A stretch of 64,000 nucleotides of DNA from Flaccisagitta enflata (GCA_965153355.1 OZ231126.1:37944001-38008000); one strand, 5' to 3'; positions 1-28,574 are shown, numbered from the stretch's first letter. Notes: a model not told the origin generated them from the letters alone. A program made the numbers and translations.

Positions 1-87
1 GGCGGTTTTTCCATTATTGCTCCTGCCCAAATACTTTGGTAGCCATTTTTATCACTGCCCCTGCCCACCCGCACGCGACTTGGGTAG

Positions 88-236
<149 letters not shown>

Positions 237-690
237 ACCAATCACCATCTAAAACCACGTTAAGGTATAAAAGAGTCCACTTTTGCATCATGTATATTCT
301 TAACTTGGTTGCCACTTCCATGTGAAAAGAAACTCTCTTTCCAGAATGGAATTCAGATATGAAATTTTCATGAATACATTTCCATAAAATTTTCTATCGG
401 TAGCACAGCAAAGACGACGAAAAAAACATTGCCGAAAAATATAGGTCGGTTACCGGCTAAATTGTCTTGCCAAAAGGTTTGAGGGGGAAAAGATAGGCAT
501 AGAATGAAATGACAAGTTTTTGTTCATTCTTTTTTAGTGATCAAGCTCTTTAATCTTTTGCTGCATCTTTGACTTTGTAAACGTTTGACAAAAACAAAGT
601 CATAGTGAAAATACAATCCATTAGTTTCATCCGAGAATATTTGCTAGTCTTTCTTAAAATGAATTAAAAAGCATTCTCATTTCTATAGGG

Positions 691-845
691 TTTTTAATCG
701 GGGACACGCGACCCTGCACCTTGCCGTGTCGGTTGGTCGGTCGGTAGGTCGATCCGTCCGTAGCATTTTTGAATTCCGAGCGGTTTTCGCATTATTGCTC
801 CTGCCCAACCGTCGGCAACTGGATTGCCGTCTATCTGGCCTTGTT
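691..845 (+). mobile_element. HINE/Helentron-like family A copy
   Basis: T-run start, degenerate hairpin, (GTCG)n microsatellite, CCTGCCCAACC, ends GCCGTCTATCTGGCCTTGTT; a truncated 3' part of the same family occupies 1-88. Confidence 0.7.
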
Positions 846-1455
846 AACTGTACAAAGAACTGATTTTGATACTAAACAATCGTCCACCGGGACATGCCGC
901 TCTAACAGGTTTCTGTTATAGCCAATGAAGAAAATTGAAGACAAATTGGGAGGCGCAAAGATTTCCATTAATGGCGAGTCCGTTAAAGCGGGGTTTGAGT
1001 GTTCGTCGATTATTCTCAAATTAAACCATTTAAAAGTGACATAGACAAATTTAGTCTAAGGCATGTTACGACTTTGTCACAGAAAACCCGCTTACACAAA
1101 TAGAATATGTTCAATAATTCATAAATGCACTCAATGTACAAATTTTGCCTTCGAGCTTTGATGAAAACAGCGCATTTTTAATGAGATGTATCATAAGTTT
1201 TGTCGCTAAGATATCTCGAAATAATACTGTGCGATCGATGAGGGACTGATTATACTATTCTGAAACACAGTAAATCGGCAAACCACCAAGTCAGTTCGTA
1301 AACAAGAGAGCAATAAGTTGAACTTACTAACAAAAAAAAAAGAAAAGAAAAAAAAATTGAAATGAATGAACGCAATCGCATACCAAAGTGAAAGTAACAC
1401 TTGAAATTTTCTTTTCCATTTTAAATTGGGACTCAGAGTGAATAATGGAAGAAAA

Positions 1456-1533
<78 letters not shown>

Positions 1534-1722
1534 AACAGACCGAAAGACAGTGAGAAAAAGACAGAGCGAGACAGAGAGACAGATATGACTGGGTAAGTAG
1601 AGCACAGAAAACCGGGAAAAAAGACACAGAATAAAGCGAGGAAAATCAGAAAGAGGCATGCACAACTTAAATGTATGACAGGAGACAAAGAGACAGAGAG
1701 CTCGCAAAGCAGGGATTAACAA

Positions 1723-1901
1723 AACAAGGCCGGATACACGGCCACCAGTTGCGGACGGGTGGGTAGGGGCGGAAATGCAACTGTCCGCAACTAAAAATGT
1801 TCTACAACGCTTGTTTTCCCACTTTTCGACTCGTGCTGACGGACCGACGGACGGACCGATGGACAAAGCCTCTTATAGAGTTCTGTGTCCGCAACTAAAA
1901 A
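1723..1901 (-). mobile_element. HINE/Helentron-like family A copy
   Basis: AACAAGGCCGGATACACGGC...(GGAC)n...GTGTCCGCAACTAAAAA on the + strand. Confidence 0.75.
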
Positions 1902-2984
1902 GGGGATAAAAAAGCAAGACAGAAAGACAAGAAGAGAAAAAGGAGCGAGAAAGCCTCAATAGAAAGAAAAAAGAAAAAAGGGTAAGAAAGCAATGGAAAA
2001 AAAAGCTAAGAATAAGAGGGAGAGCAATAGGAAAAAGTAAGACTGTCGACAACTTCTGAACTCCAACAAAAATGGACAGAGAAAAGGAGAAGAAAAAAAA
2101 GTGGGGAAAGAAGAATGTGGAATCCTATTTCCGCCAGAATCAGCGACGCAGAAAACGAGGAAATCCTCGTGGCAAAACTTTTTCAAATGCAAAAAAAAAA
2201 AAAAAAAGAATATTCTCTCTCTTTCCTGTCTACCCAAGCTTTGCAGCTATGAATGACATCCATATCCCCTTTTCCATAGTAGATCTCGTCTAAGCTTGGG
2301 ATAATAGAGGACATGGAGACAAATGATACAAGAGGAGTGATGTTTAGATTGAAAATAAACAAAACAATGACTTATTTCTTATCATGGTTGGGTGATATTG
2401 TAATAAATTTCTAGGCTCTCACTTTCAGTATCTTGAACAGATATACTCAGCATTAAATTTGCTACGATTTTGCCATGGGATGTTCTGTGAAATAAATGTT
2501 TGATTGACCATAGCAAAGTGTTAAAAGCTTTTCTTTGTGTGCCCCCATCATTCCAACTTGAAAAAGAATCCACTGTACCTTTTTTTCTTGGCGTTGCAAG
2601 TTCTGTAGTTATCGTTGATAGTTTAGACTTGGAAGTTGGAACTAGGGTTGAGCTCATAACTTGAGCACAAGTCGAGTGAGAGGCTCGATAATGCTGATGC
2701 CTCAAGAGGTTGATATAAACTTAAATGTTTTACAATTATCAAATTACTTCATTTTCAAAACCAACCAACGATTTGAAATCATAACTCTTTTTAGTGATAG
2801 CCAAATTGTCCAGAGACGAGAGTGAATCGAGTTAAGCGTGACACGAGACCGATCCGTGAATCCGTCTGTTGGTTTCATCATAAATCGGTCGGATTACTAA
2901 GTTTTTCTTTCGTTTGTCCCTCATCATTTATCTCATTCCATTTCCATTGCCTTCATTCATTTCTATCATCTTCATCCCTTCTTC

Positions 2985-3290
2985 ATCCCCATCACTCCAT
3001 TCTCTTCTGCATACCTATTCCATCAACAACCATTACCCATCTCCGTTACTGCATTCTCTTCTGCATACCTGTTCCATCAACAACCATTACCCCATCTCCG
3101 TCCCCATCCCCCCCCATCCCATCCCCATCTCCGTCACTGCATTCTCTGTTTATCCCATCTCCATCCATCCTCACCTCCGTCGTTCCCTCCTAATCGTTCT
3201 TCTTTATAGTTGATCCCATCCCTATCCCCATCCCCATCCTCATCCCCATCCCTATCTTATCCCCATCCCCATCCCCTATCCCCAACCCGA
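2985..3290. repeat. (ATCCCC)n-like minisatellite with a ~54-bp duplication
   Basis: Repeated CCCCATCCCCAT; duplicated TCTCTTCTGCATACCT.TTCCATCAACAACCATTACCC. Confidence 0.7.
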
Positions 3291-3381
3291 TCCACTTCCT
3301 GCCTGGAAAAAAATGATTTTTCCCCGACATTTTCTTCCAAAAGCGACATTTTCTCTCTCAATTTTTCTTCTTTCATTGCAG

Positions 3382-16201
<12,820 letters not shown>

Positions 16202-16333
16202 ACAATTCTTGAAAACACGTGAAAATGTCAAATGTGAAAAAGATATGTGACTCCTTAAAAAAAGAAAAGAGGAAACACCCACACAACCACACGCAGATGC
16301 AAGCACGCACGCACGCACGCACGCTAAAGAGAA

Positions 16334-16378
16334 AATAAACAATGAAAAAAACATATATGGTGCGAGACGAAAAATAAA
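16334..16378 (+). promoter_or_regulatory. Candidate polyadenylation signals
   Basis: AATAAA at 16334-16339 and 16373-16378 downstream of the stop codon; the context is A-rich so they may be chance matches. Confidence 0.3.
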
Positions 16379-16842
16379 AATGAATATAACCTATTTTTCT
16401 GCCAAAATGTTTACCCCTCTCTACATAAAAATGCAAGACTAAATATCTATATAAAAACAACAAAACAAAAACAAAAAAACACATGATTACACGAGAAAAA
16501 AAAAACTCCCACCAAAACGATTATTATTTGATATGATGATTACTACATGTACACTCGCTGCGAATCACGACCGCCTAAGACTTAGTGTACGTGACGAAAC
16601 GATTCTCTCCGTCTAACTCACGCCGCCACCACCGTCACCGCCACCGCCGCTGCAGCCGCTGCAGCGCACTGGCCTCTCTATTTCCACCCGTCATCTTGAT
16701 GATTCATTATCTTGCCTTAAAAAATAATCAACGATAAAACGAGACGTAAGTAAAAACAGATCGATGCAAAATGTTGCTGAGTACCGAGCATCTGGCTCTG
16801 CGTGGCGGGGGGGGGGGGGAAATTAGTTTTTGTTTGTGTGTT

Positions 16843-16934
<92 letters not shown>

Positions 16935-17273
16935 TATGTGTGTCTCTCTGTGTGTCTGTGTGGTGTGTCTGTATGTGCGTTTGCATGTGAATGAAATTTA
17001 CTACGAATTCATGGTAGGGTGACTTTACTCTTTAGATATATATATATATATCCCCCTGCGTATGTGGTGATGGCGCATTGGCTGCAAGAAAAAAAAACCC
17101 TGCAGATTGCCTTTTGTTTCTGCTTTGTTTATTCATGATGTTTCGCTTGGCAAATCCACTTTGTCGTCGTGGTGCAAAAACGAGTGTCGCCTTCACTCAA
17201 TTTCACCTGTTCAACCCAATCAAATCACTCCATACTTCTTTTCTTCTTTTCCATTCTATCGCTTTCTTACCTG

Positions 17274-17740
17274 TTTTTAGTTGCGGACACGCAACTCTAT
17301 AAGATGCTTTGTCCGTCGGTCCGTTGGTCCGTTGGTCCGTCGGTCCGTCGGTCCATTGGTCCGTCATGGTGATCGAGTTGAAAAGTGGGAAAACGAGCGT
17401 TTGCGATACTTTTTGAGTATGTTTGAGTATTAGGGTGTGGATGGGGGTTGGATGCCCCTGCCCACCCGTCCGCAATGATATTGTGACCCCGCGTTGCTTG
17501 TTGCTTACCTTTCACTCTCTCTTATTTTTTTGGTTCTTTTTTCTCTCTCTCTACCTTGTTGTTTCTTATGCTTTTTCGTTCTTGCAGTTGCAGAGCCATT
17601 TTCGTTAACCCATTTATCCTCACGATCATCTGCTTAGGTATCTCTCTTTAGATGCGTCCTCGCATCTCTGTAAGAGGCTTTATCCGTCCGATGGTCCGTC
17701 GATCCGTCCGTCGGTCCGTTGGTCCGTCCGTGGCTTTTTT
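17274..17740 (+). mobile_element. Two family A variant copies (17274-17502, 17646-17740)
   Basis: 5' hairpins AGTTGCGGACACGCAACT and AGATGCGTCCTCGCATCT followed by (GTCC)-type microsatellites. Confidence 0.7.
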
Positions 17741-17780
17741 TTGTTCGCTTAAATTCGAGCCAGATCAAACGAGACAAGCA

Positions 17781-17872
<92 letters not shown>

Positions 17873-19113
17873 AAGGACGCATCCATGGGTCGAAATTTCG
17901 GCCTTGTTTTCGCTCTGAAGATTATAGTACGCTTTTCTTCCATTTTCCTGATAATTTCCTTGGACTTCTTCTTGAGCCTGCTCTCGACCTCGGTCGATTA
18001 TATCAAATCAAATCAAATCAAATCGAATGAGAAGTTGATGAAAGAAAGTTTTTTATCTTTCCGTTCCTTTTTTCTATGGGTAAATCTATTTCGATTTCTA
18101 CCGATAAAGGCGTCTAACGCCGACCAGAAAAAAAAGTCGTAAATATGGGATTTCTCTTCCCAATCAATCCTCTTCGCTTTGTTACTTTTCATTTGGGGAA
18201 TTTTTACTAGCTCAATTAGAAGCTGCTACACTGCTATCATGGCTGGCAAGCTTAATAAAATCAAATTCTTGGCTGGGTTTTTTTTGTAAGTTTACAGTGA
18301 GAAGGCCCACTCTCTGACAATATCGACGCGACGGACGGTGTACGAGAACGCATATAGAAAATTGACTTGCTGCCCTCAACACGATCTCAAAGATCCCAAC
18401 ATGAAAAGTTTCACTTCGTTTGCTCATTGGCACTCAGCCTTCTCTGATATCAGTTAAGATATGAACAATTATGACATGATCTAAGCTTGGGAAACGTATG
18501 CCATTCACGAGGGGTCAAAATTGAACATTTTAGAAATTGAAATTTGATTTTTTCTAGTTATTAAATATGATAATACAAGTAATTAAGCGAAAAAATTGAT
18601 ACGAATTTGTGTCCCCAAAAAAATTTATGGATGATTTTCAAAAAAGGCATTTTTATCGCAATCGCGATAATCTTTTTTCTCTTTTTGGTTGTGGAGCCGC
18701 GACTTTGTAACACTGTGTAACACTGTGTCCGACGGTCCGTTCAATTCTTCATTTATTCATTCATTCAATCATTCACGCATTCATTTACGCGTCCATTGAT
18801 TCATATATTCATATATTCATCAATTCATTCATTTCCAAATTTTTAGCCAGCAATGAGCAAATTTGAGCTTTTATTATCCACTACTTGGCCATGTTTACAG
18901 ACAAATTCTGGTTACTAGCGTGTGTCACGGGATTGAGCAAAATCATGTTTTAAATGTAGTGAAGCTTTCATATTCATGATATTGCCAATATACAAATAAT
19001 TGGGACAGGAACTTGTATGCCTTATAGCGGGCATGCCTTATTAGCGAGTTCGCTCTAGCGGTGCTCCACTGCAGTTATAGCGGTGTCGTTATCTTAATCT
19101 CCTCTCAGATCTC

Positions 19114-19860
19114 TTTTTAGTCGCGTGCACGCGACTCTACAACCCGCATTGCCCGTCCGTCAGTTGGTCGGTTGGTCAGTCAAGTTTTACTTTTTTTAAG
19201 ATTTTGTTTCTTTGATTTCACTGCTCCTGCCCAAATGGTCTTGTGACCTCAAATATAGCCTCAGCTCACCCGCACGCGACTTCGGTAGCTGTGTATCCGG
19301 CCTTGTTAGAATAGATGTCAGCTCTATCACCCGCTTTCCTGTCAGTAAGTCAGTCTTCCGTCCTTCAGTAGTTCTGTGTTCAAAGCATGGAGGGCTGAAG
19401 CAGTAATCTGATGCCTGAAATGCTTCCACAAGACATCTGGAAATTCACACCTGTGTCCAACAGGACATCGGCCCTTTGGGACCGCTGGCCTGCTCTCACT
19501 CCATCACCTCATCACTAAAAGCAGGGCATCGGGTACCGCTGACCATGTGCGATCCTTGGATGACTAGTTTCATTTATTTTCCTTACTTCCTTCCCTTCCC
19601 TTTATCTTATTCCATTCTTTCTTTTTTCCTATCTTTCTTTCTTTCTTTCTTTCATTCATTCATTTTTTCATTATCATTTTTTTGTTGCCAGACATGCAAC
19701 TCTACAAGGCTTTGTTCATCCGTTGGTCATTCAGTCCATCCGTCAGCATGGGTAGATGCGTATGTGAGTTTGGGGGGGAGCATGGGGTGCCGATGGGGGT
19801 TGGATACCCCTGCCCACCCATCCACAACAGTATTGTGACCCCGCACCACTTTTTTTTTCT
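19114..19860 (+). mobile_element. Cluster: family A (19114-19307), family B 3' end (19440-19570), family A variant (19678-19860)
   Basis: Diagnostic termini GTGTATCCGGCCTTGTT and GCAGGGCATCGGGTACCGCTGACCATGTGCGATCCTTGGATGAC. Confidence 0.7.
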
Positions 19861-20209
19861 TTCATTCTTCCATTCTTTCTTTCTTCCATTCTTTCTTTCT
19901 TCCATTCTTTCTTCCTTCCTTTCTTCCATTCTTTCTTCCTTCCTTTCTTCCATTCTTTCTTCCTTCCTTTCTTCCTTCCTTTCTTCCTTCCTTTCTTCCT
20001 TCCTTTCTTCCATTCTTTCTTCCCTCCTTTCTTTCATTCTTTCTTCCTTCCTTCCTTTCCTCCTTCCTTCCTTGCTCTGTTTTTTCCTTTTGCCGGAATC
20101 CGTAGGAAAAACATTTCAGTACTTCGATTAGAAAGTGCTCAAGAAATACATACACACACACAAGCACGCACGCATGCACACAAACACACACACACACACC
20201 CACAACAAT

Positions 20210-20292
<83 letters not shown>

Positions 20293-21423
20293 AAACAACA
20301 ACAACAACAACAACAAAAAACCCTGGAGCGCACATACAACGAAGCATTTTGCGTTTACATCTTTTTTGGATGATAAATTAATTTGCATAGCAACAAGACA
20401 GTCAAAATTCAATGTCATGATCCATTTTTTTCAGCAGGGCAGTGGAATCCACTCTTTTAGTCTTTCACGTGGAGGAACTGCAGCGTATCTATGGGTCTTG
20501 TCTTTGTTGATAGTAATTCTTTGCAGTAATCGATTTCCTTGATAAAAATTCTGCTTTACAAGTGCTGCCCTAAATTTTAAATTCGTATGGAAAATGAAAA
20601 AATGAAAAAATGAAGAACATCAGACGCGAGCAAAATGTCATACCTAAGATCTGATGTTTTTGAAAATACGAATTTTTTCAGTGTGAAGCTGTAATAAAAT
20701 TTAGGCCGCCAAAAATGTTTTTTTCGAAAATTGTAATTTTCTTGGTTTTGGAAGAACAAATCGATGAAAACCCCACTTTCCTTGGGTTGATTTTGATAAA
20801 ATTTAACATGCACATAGCTGGGTACGTCTCCTAACTACAGTAAAAATTTCAAGGAGTTGCGTCTACAGGAAGGTGGATTTTTCGTGAGCGAAAGTTGTCA
20901 ACTGAAATTTTTCAATTGTTGATTATCAACTGACAGTGCACAAGATTTTTTTTGATAGGGGCATAAAAAATTGATATGAAGGACTGCAAAAAATATCATT
21001 TGTTTTTCATATGTATATGAGCAGATATGTTCTGCGGAATTGATATGAATTATAACACTATGGCGATAACATTCCATCAAAAAAGATGTTTAAAAAATTT
21101 TCTCAGTTGAATTTGGATGTTTTCTAGTATTTCCTCTCTCTTTTTGCTGTTTTTCCTTGGTTAAACCCTCGTAAAGTGGCTGTTTTCCTTACAAGGGCCT
21201 ATGTGGGGATAGTGTGGGAAGTAATGGATTTCAGACCGGGTCAAAAATGATCATTTTTTAGCTCAACAAGGGCGTTAAAGAGCTTGAAAAAAAATCGTCT
21301 TTTTTTGGTTCTTGCTGTCTTATGTAATTTCTCATGGCTTCTACGTAAGTTTTCTCTCTTTTCCGTCCTTGTGCATCCCTCTGCTAATGTATATTTCTGT
21401 TTCATTTTTTCTCTCTCTTTCAT

Positions 21424-21611
<188 letters not shown>

Positions 21612-21801
21612 GGTCGGTGTAATTCTCGCTCCACCATAGCCATGGGCATCTGTTGTCGAGGCGTTTTCCCAGCGCAGACACTGCCAACGATGCTGTTGCT
21701 ACTTCGAGATTAAGGGGACCCCAAAGGCGAAAGAAACTAAGAGAAAAACAGAGAGAAAGTGCTACTGAGAGAAGGGAAGAGAACAAGAATGCCAAGAGTC
21801 A

Positions 21802-21877
<76 letters not shown>

Positions 21878-22398
21878 AAGAAAGAAAAGTAAGGTAAAGG
21901 AAAGAAAGAACGAAAAATAAGGCAAAGGAAAGAAAGAAAGAAAGTAATGAAGAAGGAGAAGAAGAAGAAGAAGAAGAAGAAGAAGAAGAAGAAGAAGAAG
22001 AAGAAGAAGAAGAAGAAGAAGAAGAAGAAGAAGAAGAAACCGACAGACAGACAGACAGACAGTCAGACCGACAGACAGACAGACAGACACACAGACAGAC
22101 ACACAGACAGACAGACACACAGACAGACAGGCAGGCAGAAAGGCAGAAAGGCAGAAAGGCAGAAAGAGATAGAGAGGGATGAGAATAGAACTCGAGTCAG
22201 GCAAACGCACCGACGGGCGATTTTTCTCATTTAAACGCAGTACTCATAGGTAAACGAGGCGTCCGGCTGTAACTGTCCTCTTGGGTTCTCGAGGCAAAGC
22301 AATGTTTGCTTAAAATCGGTGTCTGAGCTCCTATTTGAAGTAAACAGTGTTAAAAGTCAACTCACTCATTGGAGAAATTGTGACTGTCAACGGAGAAT

Positions 22399-22590
22399 TT
22401 TTAGTCGCGTGCACGCGACTCTACACCCCGCTTTGTCCGTCCATCCATCGGCCGGTCTGTTGGTCCGTCACAATTACTTTTTTTTATCAATTTTATTTCT
22501 GTAAGTCATTTAAAGTCATTTAAGAGTATACTGAGTCATTTTAAGTCAATCTGTAAGTCTCGCACGCGACTTATAGGTGTTGGCCTTGGC
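22399..22590 (+). mobile_element. Family A subfamily with (AAGTCATTT)-like internal repeat
   Basis: AGTCGCGTGCACGCGACT start; ends TCTCGCACGCGACTTATAGGTGTTGGCCTTG; sister copy at 45083-45481. Confidence 0.7.
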
Positions 22591-24080
22591 TAAGAAGCGT
22601 CCTACTGGCGCGAAAGCAAGGTGTGTTAGGCCTTTTGATATAACTTGTGCTTGTGCGTTTTTGAAGATCTCTTGACAGATCTTCTTCAAAACTTAGAGAT
22701 TTGCAGGGCTCTAGCTTCTAGCACCTTCTACAGATTGCTATCATTTTTGCGAAGTAGAACATCTAAGAAAAGAAAATGAAAAAGCTTCTCCAGAAAGTGA
22801 TAGTCTGCTCTCTATCAATTATTTTTAGAACAAGATTCTAGATTTGGGATGATATGTTGATGACAAAATTGCAAGGGGCAGTATTGAGAAGAGGAACTGT
22901 TGTGAGACATATATAGGTTAAATGATAAGAGACAACACAGGGCAGAATAGTTAAAATAAGTTATTTAGTTAAAATGTGACTTTATTGTAATGAAATTTTG
23001 TTAGTGATTTACCCTCAATGTGAGTGGGGTTTAGTAAAGGGGGCCAAAAATGAGGTCCATTTTACTCTACGATCAACCGTTTACGAGTTATAAGCAAAAA
23101 AAGAAAAATAGAAAAAAATTTCAGCTATCAACTTTTTCACTGTATTGAATAAATTTAAAGACTATCACTTTGAGGAGCCTCCCTGAGAGGGCCATCCTAT
23201 TTCGTCAGTCTGGAGAGGGTGCTACCTGTATCTTCATACCTGAATATAATTGAACCCCGCTCTAACGGACCCGCCAGCAACGGAATTCCGCCAGTAACAG
23301 ATGCTAATCTGTGATCCCTTCGACTAGTTTTCTTTTATTTCTTATGTTGTTGACTACAGAATTCCGCCTTTAGCAGATAAGACTTGAATCTTCAAATCAA
23401 AAAAGGAAGTGTCATGTGTGTCCTGGCCTTATATTAAGTTTTCCTAGAAGAGCGGAGGGTCCGCTGGAATAACACTTGCCGTCATTGGATCAATAGTTGT
23501 ATGTTTTATTATATTTCATTATGTTAAAATTGGAATGTTAAGAAATAAAAAACATAACTAGAATCGTGAGACTCTCGCCTTTAATAATACTGTAGACTTG
23601 ACAATACATTTGCTGTACATGAAAATTGTTTAATACATATCTATACATCAAAATATGAGAAAAAGCAAAAAATACCATCAAAAAAGGTCTCACTTAGCCA
23701 AACGATACGCGAAGTGTAAATAGAAAAATCAACTTTATTTTTTAGAATCTCGGACAGAATGAGGTGACAATGATTCAAGCCAAACTTGAGATTTTTATCT
23801 TTTTTTCTTGGTATATAATTGAATACTTAAAGTATTAAAACTTTGATTTGACCGACTTCCTGTGCTCGCTTAAAGCCGCTTAACGAGATTAAGCTACCCC
23901 TGATATATATCTATGTGTATGCAAAAGCTCAATGTGATCAGTTGTGTCAGCTTGCGTCAGCTCTTGTTCAAAGATGATCCTATCATGAAAAAGTTAAGTA
24001 GATGCAGAAAGTAATATCTCAGTTTAGATTCCAAGAGATGACGTAGTTGTGAGCGTAAAATGGAATCAACTGTCTGTCTG

Positions 24081-24226
<146 letters not shown>

Positions 24227-24275
24227 GATAGAAAATAAAAAAAAAAAATGAAAATCTTTTTATCAGTCTATCAAC

Positions 24276-24384
<109 letters not shown>

Positions 24385-24857
24385 TCTTCTTCCTCCTCCT
24401 GTTTCTTCTTCTTCTTCTTCTTCTTCTTCTTCTTCTTCTTCTTCTTCTTCTTCTTCTTCTTCTTCTTCTTCTTCTTCTTCTTCTTCTTCTTCTTCTTCTT
24501 TTACTTCTTCGTCTGTTATTCGTTGTTGGTTGGTCTCGCAATTGATGCAACATAAAACATCGAGCCAAAATTTCATAGAGAGAATCAGTGCAGCCAAACT
24601 AATGAAAAAAAAATGGCGGCAAAATTTCTGAGGGTAGTAATGATGATAACGAGTATGGTTTTAAATCTCGGTTTTATCAAATAATTTACTTTTTTCACTA
24701 TTTCCACACAATTTTCGATGAGGAATTCTAATATCACGGTCTCGAGAGCCTCAGACAACGTTTTGAGGATCTTTTGAGAAAACTTATAACTTATATACGT
24801 TTATGTATCGCGCAGACCGCAGAAGTGAGCATCAATATTATGCGACGTTGCAGAAGT

Positions 24858-25026
24858 AAAAAGGCCAAGTAGGCCAATAGGTGCGACGTGTGGATCGAAC
24901 AAACGAATGCGACTGACCGACCGACTGACCAACCGACCGACCAACCAACCGACAAACCGACCAACCAACCAACCAACCAACCAACGGACACAGCCGGTTA
25001 TAGAGGTGCTTTGTCGCACCTAAAAA
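24858..25026 (-). mobile_element. Family A variant
   Basis: Minus strand reads TTTTTAGGTGCGACAAAGCACCT...(GTTG/GTCG)n...GTCGCACCTATTGGCCTACTTGGCCTT. Confidence 0.7.
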
Positions 25027-25334
25027 CATTATTCATGATGTTGTCGTTTTCGTGGATTCGGTATGATCCAAGTCTCATCAAATTGGCTAATATTCTGAAA
25101 TTTTATGGCTGATCTATCGCTCATTTATTTCACGGTGTCATTGAAAAATTTGATGCCATTTTTCGCGGATTTGACACCATCAAAAGATCATATTGTCAAT
25201 ATCTCCGCGAGAAACAAAAAAAGAAAAAAAAACGGCAATTTTTGATTGCCATTTTCGACATGTAAATCTAACTTACGTGTGACAGACCAACACTTCCGAC
25301 AGACCAACCGACAGACATGACTTCTTAAAAGAAA

Positions 25335-25373
<39 letters not shown>

Positions 25374-26355
25374 CAAACTGAGCGAAACGCGGGCGAGACG
25401 GAGCGAGACAGAGCGAGACGTGCACACCTTAGATTGATTCTTCATGGTCACACGCACATGCGCACGTGATACACGCTCTGACATTGCAAGAAGAGTTGAC
25501 CACGCCAACGACAACAACAACAACAGCAACGTATCGGGGGAGGACAAACATATAAAACTTCTCTAGAGACAAAAGGGTGAAATGATTTCCCTCCCTTTAT
25601 ATCTAATCGAGCGCGCGGGGCTTTCCCTCTGGAAAGAGCGCGGAGCGATGGTGGTAGCTATGGCGGTAGTGGTGGCAGTAACAAAGGTGGTGGTGGTGGT
25701 GGTGGTGGAGGTGGTGGTGGTGGTGGTGGTGATGGTGATGGTGGTGGTGGTGGTTGTGGTGGTTGTGATGGTGGTGGGTGTGGTGGTGACGGCGGCGGCG
25801 ACGGCGGCGGTGGTGGTGGTAATAAAGGTGGTGATGGTGGTGGTGATGGCGACGGTGTGCAGAGCGGTGCAGTGGTAGCGCGGAAGCGGTAGCGGTGGTG
25901 GCTGTGCTTGCGCACATTGGGAGATTCTTGGTGGTCAAGCTGAGGCTCAATGGCCACACAAAGTGAACTTACTGGTCATCATGTCACTGACAATCCACTC
26001 TCCGTGTAACCAGCCGTGTAACGCTTCTTGGTGGTAGCAATAGTATCTATGTTAGCAGTGATAAGGGTGGCTAAAGGTAAAAAAAAATGGGATCACGGTG
26101 TGAATGACTGTGCCTGAGGAATTAGGGGAGGTCATCAGCAGCAGCAGGAAGGCAGCGATAGCCGCCGCCGCTGCAGCCGTAGCCACAACCGCAGAAGCAG
26201 CCGTAGCCGCAATTGCATTCATGTCCCTGGCGGGAATCATGAAGAGACGAGGGTTAGCTGATTTCAGAGGCGGTTCTGGCGTGGGCGTTTGTTGTGGTCA
26301 CAGAAGAGAATGCGCTATGTGGCATAATCTGGGTTGTGTAGTTTGTGGCAACCCT

Positions 26356-26449
<94 letters not shown>

Positions 26450-27152
26450 CTCACTATTTTCTTTTTTCCAATTCATTTTTTCTCCGTTGAGCAGAGCAGG
26501 TTGCTAATTGAAAATGACTGAGTTTCATTGGAAATTTGAGAGAAAAAAAACATTTCCCCTTCCTCTGAACCCCAATTTCAAAGATCTCTGATGAATATTT
26601 GGGAACATGTTCTACTTGCAATAGTAATGCATTAAGGGGATTGTTGGACAATGTGCTGTTGGTACAGAGAATGCTTGCAAAGAAATCTCGGCGGATTTCA
26701 TAATGGATATCTTGTATTTGCACAGATACCAAGAGTGATGGTTAAGATAACCCGTCACTGTCTCTCATGTTACGTTGTTGATTTAATCGAAGTTGGATGG
26801 TTACTATCGTCTATTGTTAAAAGGTTGGATTGAATTTTCTGTTGTTGTGGTTTTTGGTGAGGAGAATAATGGCACAGATTCTTTGATGCAATTTTTGTTG
26901 TAAGATGTTGACATTATTAGGTACTGATGGCGTAGATTCTATGATGAAATTTGCGTTGGATTGCTGAATAGGTTGTTGTTGGGAAGATGTAGGCTGTAGA
27001 TGTTTTGTGGGACAACGGCTGTAGCCATGACGAATCCTCGAGACGCCTTTTGTTTGGAAATGGATATTTTCAATATCGTTACGCCGATAGAAGACGTTGA
27101 TTACTGAGGCGGCTGCGCTCACTTTTCAATCGACGACCTCTTCGGCGGCGAC

Positions 27153-27616
<464 letters not shown>

Positions 27617-28250
27617 GTTTTTTTTTTCCGTCGTTATTGCGGTTTTTGCTGTAATCGTTATTTCTTTTGATATTGTTGCATTTGATACTGTTGCATTTGT
27701 TGTTGTTGCTTGCTGTCGTTGTTGCTGTTGTTGTTTGTGCTGATGCAGTTGATCACTCGTTTTCCCATCATGTAACATTATGTGATGTTTATCGCGACAG
27801 TCGCACATATAAACGCCATCACGAGGTTTTGTTTGTTGTTGCGTTGTCACTGCGATGGTGTTGCTAATTATATTTTCGTCGATGTTGTTTTCGTGTGAGT
27901 TGTTGTCTTTCTTGTCTCCTGGCCTCAGGTGTGTGTAAGGGAATCCACCGTATCTATCCGTTCTTGTTTTTCCTTTTGTCCTCTATAAGTAATTGGATTG
28001 CATAAGTAATGCAATACTGCCAATTCCGCATATTTCCGTTTCAAGTCCGTTGATAGTCTGTTTCTCGCAATCTCGATGTGTTTCTTTAGGGTTATCCAAT
28101 TCTTTTTTTGTTACCTCATAATCTTTTTTATGTCTTCCATTTTAGATTTTTTTTTACTGTCTTCTTTTTCTTTCTTTCTTCTTCTTCCTCTTCTTTTTCC
28201 CATTCTGTCTTTCTTTCTTTTTCTTCTTCTTCTTTCTCCCTTTCTGTCTT

Positions 28251-28309
<59 letters not shown>

Positions 28310-28310
28310 C

Positions 28311-28367
<57 letters not shown>

Positions 28368-28440
28368 TTCTTCCTCTTCTTTCTCCCTTTCATTCCTTCT
28401 TACTTTTTCTTCTTCTTCTTTCTTTCTTTCTTTCTTTTTT

Positions 28441-28505
<65 letters not shown>

Positions 28506-28574
28506 TTTCTTCGTATCAAAACACAGTAAGGCACAGTCATCGTCCCCTGCCTCACAGATACTTAACGCTATCAC

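Noticed and set aside
2382..2705. 107-aa minus-strand ORF in unique sequence, faintly reminiscent of a hAT transposase N-terminus
   Set aside because: No diagnostic motif and no splice or TIR support; would need a profile search.
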